A stretch of 63,529 nucleotides of DNA, filler included, from Octopus bimaculoides (Eukaryota): assembly GCF_001194135.2 (NCBI RefSeq). It is 4 parts of 4 records of this genome, joined end to end, with 100 filler letters (N's around TTAATTAATTAA, not from the genome) between each part and the next. Parts side by side here need not be neighbours in the genome. Positions count along the whole stretch, not along the records: positions 34,672 to 63,529 come from NC_069006.1; 3 more parts are not named here. One strand, 5' to 3'. The notes below the pieces were generated by a model. That model made no database searches. It was not told the DNA's origin and worked only from the letters and a program-made list of their open reading frames with translations. Positions 54,395 through 63,529 of this stretch are shown one piece after another. How positions within the stretch are numbered: the first letter of the stretch is position 1; each line of letters begins with the position of its first letter. Made by a program: the position numbers and the translations under genes.

Positions 54395-54765
54395 GCCTGT
54401 GCTAATTGGACCCAGGCTGGGGTTTGATCAATGTCGGCTGGAACACCTGGGTGAGAGGGTCTAATATCGAAAGACTCGATCAACTTAATGACCTCCCTCC
54501 ACGTAAGGCGGATCACTATCAGGTTTTGTGTGGAGGTAAGAAAAGCTGATTCAAGATGAGTGTGGGTGAGGGTTGCCAGCCCTGGAATGGTCACTGCTAC
54601 CAGGTGTGTTGCTAACTGGACACAATGACCCAAGCTGGAGGCTTGATCAGCTCTGGCTGGGTTACTGATATACCTGGGTTGCCTGGATGAGATTCTCTGA
54701 TGTCGAAAGACCCGAAACATCTAACGACCCCGGCAAACATCACTGCTCGTATGTCCAGGGGCATA
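54395..54765 (+). mobile_element. Two tandem Hero-like 3' ends (ANWTQAG stop region plus conserved 3' UTR)
   Basis: gctaa(t/c)tggac...gctgg(g/a)g..tgatca...cctgg(g/a)tgag...tct(a/g)at(a/g)tcgaaagac(t/c)cga at 54401 and 54611; matches my recollection of Hero 3' UTRs (not verified). Confidence 0.6.
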
Positions 54766-55089
54766 AGAGGACATCTTATAGTTGGGTGTTTGGAGATGTC
54801 CGTTCTTTGGTAAGGATGTTGCATCGAAATCAGTGGGTGGTGGTGGTGATGGTGGGGGTGGCTGCAAATTATACTAACATGGTGGTATAACATGGTGGTG
54901 GTGGTGGTGGTGGTAGTTGGTCAAACCTCGTTATTCTATGATATTGTCAATCTTTGTTTGTGGCTGGATGCAGGTGTGATAACCAATAATGTCAAGTGCT
55001 GTAAACACTGCGATTTCTACTCAATACATGAAGAAGACAAGTACTAATGATGGCGCCATCTGTGTGAAAATATCGTATAATATAGACGT

Positions 55090-55197
<108 letters not shown>

Positions 55198-56203
55198 TCA
55201 TATATATGGGCGCGCTGGCAGAGTCGTTAGCACGCNNNNNNNNNNATATATGGGCGCGCTGGCAGAGTCGTTAGCACGCCGGACAAGATGCTTAGCGGTT
55301 TTCCGTCCATCCTTACATTCTGATTTCAAATTCCGCAGCGCTCGACTTTTTGCCTTTCCTCCATTCGGGGTCGATTAAGCAGATACCAGTTGAGAACTGG
55401 AGTCGTTGTAGTCGGCTTACCCCCTCCCCAGACTTTGCTGGCAATGTGCCAAAATTTGAAACCATTATTAACGTAATGTTTGGGACCATAAATTGACGTG
55501 AACTTTCGATAAAAATCTCTAATTTCGCTAATACCGATGGTAATTATACGTCATAAAACCAAGGACGTTCTCATGTGGGTTGATTGAAAACGAGGCACCG
55601 GAGGATATCTGTGTAGCACTTCGGATGTGACATCTGCAAAATAATACGAACAAAACTGGAGATGTCAGGCAACCGAACAAAATGACATGCGACTCATGGA
55701 AATATAGAGATATGTAACAAAAGACATTGGACATTTAAGTGTAAAGGACGTACTCTAGCATGGGCTTGTCTCTGGTGGCTAAAAGGATTTCGTGAAAACT
55801 GACATCCACACACATGTTTAAGCAGATACACAAATACATACATATACACATGCGAACGCAGATGTTTACAGGCACATATATAAATATATACACACTTATA
55901 TATACATACATGAATGCAAGTCTACATGCGTACATACAAAAATACAAATAGATACGCATATATGTATACATACACAAACTCGTGCAGATATACATACGTG
56001 TACATACACAAACGAACACACATAAATATACATACAAAAGTACACAATTAGGTATACGCATACATACAAAAACACATACATAAAACAAATACACACACAC
56101 ATATATATATATGTATACGCACTTATATAAACATGTCTACACATATATAAACAGACATACGTACACACACACAAACAAAGACACGTACACGCAATACTTA
56201 CAC

Positions 56204-56248
<45 letters not shown>

Positions 56249-56265
56249 CTCTTTTTTACTCTACG

Positions 56266-56588
56266 CTTTTACTTGTTTCAGTCATTTGACTGCGACCATG
56301 CTGGAGCACCGCCTTTAGTCGAACAAATCGAGCCCAGGACTTATTCTTTGTAAGCCTAGTACTTATTCTATCGGTCCCTTTTTGCCGAACCGTTAAGTTA
56401 CGGGGACGTAAACACACCAGCATCGGTTGTCAAGCGATGTTGGGGGGGGGACACAGACACACAAANNNNNNNNNNNNNNNNNNNNNNNNNNNNNNNNNNN
56501 NNNNNNNNNNNNNNNNNNNNNNNNNNNNNNNNNNNNNNNNNNNNNNNNNNNNNNNNNNNNNNNNNNNNNNNNNNNNNNNNNNNNNNNN

Positions 56589-56640
<52 letters not shown>

Positions 56641-56782
56641 CATATATACATACGACGGCTTCTTTCAGTTCTGTCTATCAAATCCACGCACAAGGCCTTG
56701 GTCGGCCCGGGGCTATAATAGAAGACACTTGCCCAAGGTGCCACGCAGTGGGACTGAACCCAGAACCATGTGGTTGGTAAGC
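56266..56782 (-). mobile_element. Family A SINE (5'-truncated head at 56782) spanning a gap in its microsatellite core
   Basis: Tail 56266-56465, N gap, head 56650-56782. Confidence 0.85.
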
Positions 56783-57739
56783 ATTTTGTTAAGTCTTTCC
56801 TTTTCAATGGATATTAGAGAAAGTAAGGCAAGTCTTTGATTTATTCATTGTGTTGCTAGTTTGGCTCTTAATCCTTTTTCAAAGCAGAAAACGACCTCTG
56901 CACAGAAACAGTTATAGTAGGAACTGTCAAGATTAATTGCAGCAACTTCACAGCTTCGGGTAACGTTTGGCTCAGTTTATTTTGAAATATAAAATCAAGC
57001 AGAGTTTTAACGGATTTATCTTGATACGCTTGTGCATTGTAAACTCCAGCTAAATCCGCTTTCAGTCCTATGATGTCGGAAAAGTTTCCATAGTTCTTTT
57101 CAAATGCATCCTTATCAACGTGGCAAGCAAAACCTTGAATTTTATTTTGATAAACCAATGAAATGAACTTAAAGTTTTTGAAATCAGCAAACCTTGCTTT
57201 CATGTTCTTCAGTATGTCATGCAAAATTACAACAAATAGTCCCATTCTTTCTTCTTTAACTGAACCTTTCGTATGAGATTTTGATTTAATTATGAATGCA
57301 ACATTCTTCAAACTTTACATACAAATCCTCGAAAATTTTGTGTAGATTCTCAAGAAAAATTCAATGTTCCACGAGCTAAAACTCAAAGTAAAACACAAAA
57401 AAATAAGCGAATCACAGGCGCGCGACTGAGCTGGAGGCAGATTTACTTCTGCCTTTATAGCACATAAAGAAAACAGTGTTGTAGGAATGTACGCAGCATG
57501 TGTACTACAACATTACTATGCGTAGCTTAAATGCTGAGATTGAAGAGCATGGGCGAATTATGTCTATAATCTTCAAAAAAATAAAATGTCTCGCATTTTA
57601 TGCATAGTAATCAGATTAACCTTCATAATTTTATTGAATTAGGTGCATATATATTGCCATAAATGGAAAATGTTGCTATTGATCTATTTTATTCAAGGTA
57701 GGCACTGCCTACTTTGCCTACCCTGGTGGTGCATCCCTG
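56783..57739 (-). mobile_element. hAT transposon remnant with C-terminal dimerisation domain (ORF 56868-57311)
   Basis: LSQTLPEAVKLLQLILTVPTITVSVQRSFSALKK is a hATC motif. The 5' end CAGGG at 57739 is followed by the palindromic gtaggcagtgcctac. Confidence 0.8.
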
Positions 57740-57813
57740 ATATATATATGCATAAATGACGACGACGACGACGATGACGAAGACGATGACGAAGACGACG
57801 ATGATGATGATGA

Positions 57814-57844
<31 letters not shown>

Positions 57845-58582
57845 NNNNNNNNNNNNNNNNNNNNNNNNNNNNNNNNNNNNNNNNNNNNNNNNNNNNNNNN
57901 NNNNNNNNNNNNNNNNNNNNNNNNNNNNNNNNNNNNNNNNNNNNNNNNNNNNNNNNNNNNNNNNNNNNNNNNNNNNNNNNNNNNNNNNNNNNNNNNNNNN
58001 NNNNNNNNNNNNNNNNNNNNNNNNNNNNNNNNNNNNNNNNNNNNNNNNNNNNNNNNNNNNNNNNNNNNNNNNNNNNNNNNNNNNNNNNNNNNNNNNNNNN
58101 NNNNNNNNNNNNNNNNNNNNNNNNNNNNNNNNNNNNNNNNNNNNNNNNNNNNNNNNNNNNNNNNNNNNNNNNNNNNNNNNNNNNNNNNNNNNNNNNNNNN
58201 NNNNNNNNNNNNNNNNNNNNNNNNNNNNNNNNNNNNNNNNNNNNNNNNNNNNNNNNNNNNNNNNNNNNNNNNNNNNNNNNNNNNNNNNNNNNNNNNNNNN
58301 NNNNNNNNNNNNNNNNNNNNNNNNNNNNNNNNNNNNNNNNNNNNNNNNNNNNNTATATACAAATATACGACGGGCTTCTTTCAGTTTCCGTCTACCAAAT
58401 CCACTCACAAGGCTTTGGTCGACCCGAGGCTATAGTGGAAGACACTTGCCCAAGGTGCCACGCAGTGGGACTGAACCCAGAACCATGTGGTTGATAAGCA
58501 AGCTACTTACCACACAGCCACTCCTGCGCCTATGCGCTTATATATGCATGTAAGTATGTACATGTATGTATATATGCATATG

Positions 58583-58647
<65 letters not shown>

Positions 58648-58662
58648 ATATATATATATATA

Positions 58663-58697
<35 letters not shown>

Positions 58698-58939
58698 CTG
58701 GATGGATGTATGGATGTATGGATGTATGTAAGTATCTTTGTGTCTGTGTTTGTCTACCATTCTTTGACAACCGTTGCCATTGTGTTTACGTCCCCGTAAA
58801 TTGGCGGTTAGCAAAAGAAATCGAGCAAAAAAGTACAGGGGTCGATTCATTCGATTAAAAATTCTGCCAGGCGGTGCTCCAGCATGGCCGAAACCTAATA
58901 ACTGAATCAAGTAAAAGGTAAAAGATGGAAAAGAGGATA

Positions 58940-59569
58940 CCCTGAAACTCCCATGCTCCCTTCCTTCAGGTGAAACTCTCATGGCATCCAACAACGACGT
59001 GGGAGTAATCGTGGACAACAACATAAGTTGGGCCGCTCATATAAACAACAGAGTCAAACATGGCCGCAGAATGTGCTCCTGGATTCTTAGAACTTTTCGG
59101 TGGAAAGATATACACACTATTACCCTTCTCTTCTGTACTTTTGGTCGACCACCACCTTGAATACTGTTGTCCACTGTGGTCTCTCCACACGAAACACAGT
59201 GTCAAGAAAACTGAAGCACCTCAAAGGTCAATTACAAATAAGATAGATGGCATGACAGGCCTTGGCCATTGGGGTCGACTAGAAAAGCTCAAGCCTTATT
59301 CCCTCCAACGACGCCCTAAGCGCTACATCATCTGCATGATGTGGAAAATATTACATCAGCATTGCCCAGATGATGTTGGCATCACCTTTAAGTTACAGAC
59401 AAGACTTGGACCCCGTGCGATCCGCCCACAACATAAATCATACTCGCATCATATAAGAACAATACGGCACAATTATTTCACCTCCATTGGCCCCACCAAA
59501 ACACATTAAAGCAGAAACAGACCCCATAAAGTTCGAGAAACCTTTGGAGAAATTCCTTCAAAAGATCCA
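58940..59569 (+). mobile_element. CR1-clade LINE ORF2 C-terminal (post-RT) fragment
   Basis: DVGVIVDNNISWAAHI...RMCSWILRTF...HLEYCCPLWS...EAPQRSITNKIDGMTGL..W.RLEKL..YSLQRR; followed directly by a family A SINE head at 59570-59735. Confidence 0.88.
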
Positions 59570-60382
59570 GGCTTAGGAGTCGCTGTGTGGTAAGTAGCTT
59601 GCTTACCAACCACATGGTTCCGGGTCCAGTCCCACTGCGTGGCACCTTGGGCAAATGTCTTCTACTATAGCCTCGGGCTGACCAAAGCCTTGTGAGTGGA
59701 TTTGGTAGACGGAAACTGAAAGAAGCCCGTCGTATATATATATGTATATATATGTACACAGATATAGAAGAAAATAGAAGAAAACNNNNNNNNNNNNNNN
59801 NNNNNNNNNNNNNNNNNNNNNNNNNNNNNNNNNNNNNNNNNNNNNNNNNNNNNNNNNNNNNNNNNNNNNNNNNNNNNNNNNNNNNNNNNNNNNNNNNNNN
59901 NNNNNNNNNNNNNNNNNNNNNNNNNNNNNNNNNNNNNNNNNNNNNNNNNNNNNNNNNNNNNNNNNNNNNNNNNNNNNNNNNNNNNNNNNNNNNNNNNNNN
60001 NNNNNNNNNNNNNNNNNNNNNNNNNNNNNNNNNNNNNNNNNNNNNNNNNNNNNNNNNNNNNNNNNNNNNNNNNNNNNNNNNNNNNNNNNNNNNNNNNNNN
60101 NNNNNNNNNNNNNNNNNNNNNNNNNNNNNNNNNNNNNNNNNNNNNNNNNNNNNNNNNNNNNNNNNNNNNNNNNNNNNNNNNNNNNNNNNNNNNNNNNNNN
60201 NNNNNNNNNNNNNNNNNNNNNNNNNNNNNNNNNNNNNNNNNNNNNNNNNNNNNNNNNNNNNNNNNNNNNNNNNNNNNNNNNNNNNNNNNNNNNNNNNNNN
60301 NNNNNNNNNNNNNNNNNNNATATATATACATACATATGTGTGTATATATATTAGAAGGTTTGGACGTGATGTACAGGTATTA

Positions 60383-60553
60383 TATATTAGAAAAAATAAT
60401 AAGGTACTCAGAGATCTGAATGGTTGTACATTTACAAATTTTTATATATTATACGATTTAGATATGATTTATAAAAACATGTGACATATTAATAAAAATC
60501 TGTAAATGTAGAACCATCCAGATCTCTGAGTACCTTATTATCTTTTCTAATAT
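60383..60553. repeat. Imperfect inverted repeat (arms about 60 bp), MITE/PLE-like
   Basis: tattagaaaa..ataataaggtactcagagatctg.atggtt.tacatttaca.attttta versus its reverse complement at 60492-60553. Confidence 0.8.
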
Positions 60554-60753
60554 GTATATATATGTACACAGATATAGAAGAAAATAGAAGAAAACGAAAA
60601 TAGAGATTGGGAAGTTAATAATTGTTTATTATTAACAACAAATGATTAATTTGCTGTTAAAAATAAACAATTTCCAACCTCCATTTCCTTTTTCTTTTAT
60701 GTGAATATAAACTATATGTTTTTATGTATATATATTTATTATATATATATCTA

Positions 60754-60840
<87 letters not shown>

Positions 60841-62023
60841 ATATTATTTTAAGGAAACTAATTCCCCCAAAATACTGGGTATTGAACCAGTATTTCATGA
60901 GGTTAACACAACCCTTAATTGAAGTATATATAAATATATACATGTATGTATGCATGCATGCATGTGTGTGTGTGTGTGTATTTATCCGTGTATAAGAAAC
61001 GTTATCCCGTACGCAAGCATGCATCTATGCATGTATATACGTAGGTGCAAATGCACTTCCAATCGCGTGTGTTCGTGTATAACACTGGTCATCACGTTCT
61101 ACGGGTCTGTGATGTGTAACCTCGCCGTCGTATGTAAGCGATGTCACGTGGCAGACGACACACACACACACACACACACAAACACGCACGCACACTAAGG
61201 AATTTTCATGTTCTTACACACATATATGTCTATGTGTGTATATTTATATGTTATAAACACGTATATGTGCACATGCGTGTATGTGTGTGTGTGTGTATAT
61301 TTATGTATCGAATGTATGTAAAAGGTTGCCAAAGTGGCAACCGAAAACATTGAAATAAATATGGAAAAAATAGAACTTTTTAAAAGGATGAAACAGGAGG
61401 GTGGTGATGTAAGAATATCACCCNNNNNNNNNNNNNNNNNNNNNNNNNNNNNNNNNNNNNNNNNNNNNNNNNNNNNNNNNNNNNNNNNNNNNNNNNNNNN
61501 NNNNNNNNNNNNNNNNNNNNNNNCATGTGGTTGGCAAGTAAGCTACTTACCACACAGCCACTTTTGCGCCTGTTCACGGACAGAAAAACAAAGAACAGCT
61601 GTGGAGGTTGCAGATTTTAACACTGTTTGGTGTTTATCCAGCAACTGTGCACCTTCCATAACTATCCATGATCTCACGATTTATAGACCCTCTAAAATCA
61701 GTGACTAAAGTAATCTGGGTAGACTAATTAGCATATTTGATGCCTTCCTTGCAACTAGTTTGAATATTTAATGACTAGTATGTTAGCAATGTTTCGTTTC
61801 GTGGTTGTAATGTACTGAAGAATAATCTATTGGCCTGTCGACTTTTTTTTAGCTAACACTGTCTGATACGACGGCTGTAAACATTACCTCTATATACACA
61901 ACATACATTCTTATACATACATACGTATATATATATATATATATATGTAGCATCACCAAAAGTTGTTTATTAGCTGAAGAGATAAATGAGTACAGATATG
62001 TATGTATGTATATATCTATACAC

Positions 62024-62060
<37 letters not shown>

Positions 62061-62171
62061 NNNNNNNNNNNNNNNNNNNNNNNNNNNNNNNNNNNNNNNN
62101 NNNNNNNNNNNNNNNNNNNNNNNNNNNNNNNNNNNNNNNNNNNNNNNNNNNNNNNNNNNNNNNNNNNNNNN

Positions 62172-62223
<52 letters not shown>

Positions 62224-62348
62224 CAGAGAGAGGGAGAGGGAAAGAGAGAGGGAGAAATAATCATCAGACATTGTTTATTACCAGAGATAAATGAGTAGAG
62301 ATTGTTAAATATATATATATAATGTATGTGTATGTGTGTGTGTGTGTG

Positions 62349-62381
<33 letters not shown>

Positions 62382-62632
62382 NNNNNNNNNNNNNNNNNNN
62401 NNNNNNNNNNNNNNNNNNNNNNNNNNNNNNNNNNNNNNNNNNNNNNNNNNNNNNNNNNNNNNNNNNNNNNNNNNNNNNNNNNNNNNNNNNNNNNNNNNNN
62501 NNNNNNNNNNNNNNNNNNNNNNNNNNNNNNNNNNNNNNNNNNNNNNNNNNNNNNNNNNNNNNNNNNNNNNNNNNNNNNNNNNNNNNNNNNNNNNNNNNNN
62601 NNNNNNNNNNNNNNNNNNNNNNNNNNNNNNNN

Positions 62633-62674
<42 letters not shown>

Positions 62675-62676
62675 AT

Positions 62677-62712
<36 letters not shown>

Positions 62713-63496
62713 CATATATGTGCATATGAGGTGTGTGTGTGTGCGTGCGTTTGTGTGTGTATAGACAGAGAGATGGATAGGTGGATAGATGAATAGTTAG
62801 AGAAAAGGAGAGTAGGGGTAAGAGAAATAGATAGATAGATAGATAGATAGAGGGAGAGAGAGAGAAAGCGGGAGAGAGAGAGAGAGAGGGAGAGAGAGTG
62901 AGGGAATGATAGCGGTTGGTGAGGTAGAACAACAATACAAATTAGAACAAAACAAAAAGTCTATTAGTCATGTGATGTATAACGGGAACGACGGAGATAG
63001 ACAGAGAGATAGAAGGACAGATAAATAAATAAATAGAGAGAGAGACAGAGAGAGGGTGCAAGGGAGAAAGAGAGAGAGGGGAGTGAGTAAGAGGATGGGA
63101 AGGAGTGATTAAGAGGGAGGAGAGGTAGGAGTAGGAGGCATCGAGTGAGTGTGGTAGCGAGAGATAGGTTTCTATGGCTAACAGTGAGATTGTGTTGATA
63201 TCGTTGAGATCACAATTGAACATGGATGTCAATGATCTCTTGATGTTGTTTATTACATGTCATGCTATATACACACAGCACAATATCCAAAACAGATTCA
63301 TGAAAATGGATACTCATCCCTCCATCCGTCCCTTCCTCCGTCCCTTCCTCCGTCCCTTTCCTCCCTCCCCCTCCCTCTATCCATCCATCTATCTATCTAT
63401 CTATCTATCTATCTGCAATACACAGACGCGCGTGCACACACACACGCACACATATGCATATGTGTTATTTATGTATAATATACGCACGCATGCCCA

Positions 63497-63529
<33 letters not shown>

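Noticed and set aside
54343-54893. Minus-strand ORFs sharing SFDIRxSHPG…PAWV(QLA) with apparently synonymous differences, and a plus-strand C-type-lectin-like reading (WNGHCYQ, WMRFSD)
   Set aside because: The 210-bp unit is too short for a lectin domain, both readings are frameshifted, and the DNA is better explained as two Hero-like 3' ends; the third-position pattern is likely a transition-bias coincidence.
55200-55279. Direct repeat of about 34 bp across a 10-N gap
   Set aside because: Typical unmerged contig overlap; assembly artefact.

Overview
AT-rich, microsatellite-dense and gap-ridden eukaryotic DNA. The repeat content looks like an octopus (coleoid cephalopod) genome; this is an inference from the SINE families and was not checked against a database. 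The only confidently supported host gene is SNX13 (sorting nexin-13, PXA domain), seen as two spliced + strand exons (5027-5116, 9053-9174) that the ORF track misses; its other exons were not found. The rest is mostly a transposon graveyard: several tRNA-derived SINE families, one DD34D mariner, two DD37D maT elements, Tc2/pogo-, Tigger-, piggyBac- and hAT-like non-autonomous elements, Helitrons, and fragments of RTE, CR1, Penelope and Hero-like (RLE) retrotransposons. There is also a CpG-decayed tRNA-Thr(TGT) pseudogene. Three identical 100-bp artificial linkers (44 N + TTAATTAATTAA + 44 N) split the window into four blocks whose adjacency is not guaranteed. The first block (SNX13 introns) appears CpG-eroded relative to the later blocks. 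I found no well-supported novel biological system. The best leads are the methylation-footprint contrast, long inverted repeats that could be dsRNA/ADAR substrates, nested insertions, and one orphan exon candidate. Nearly all ORFs in the supplied track are artefacts of N-gaps or microsatellites.
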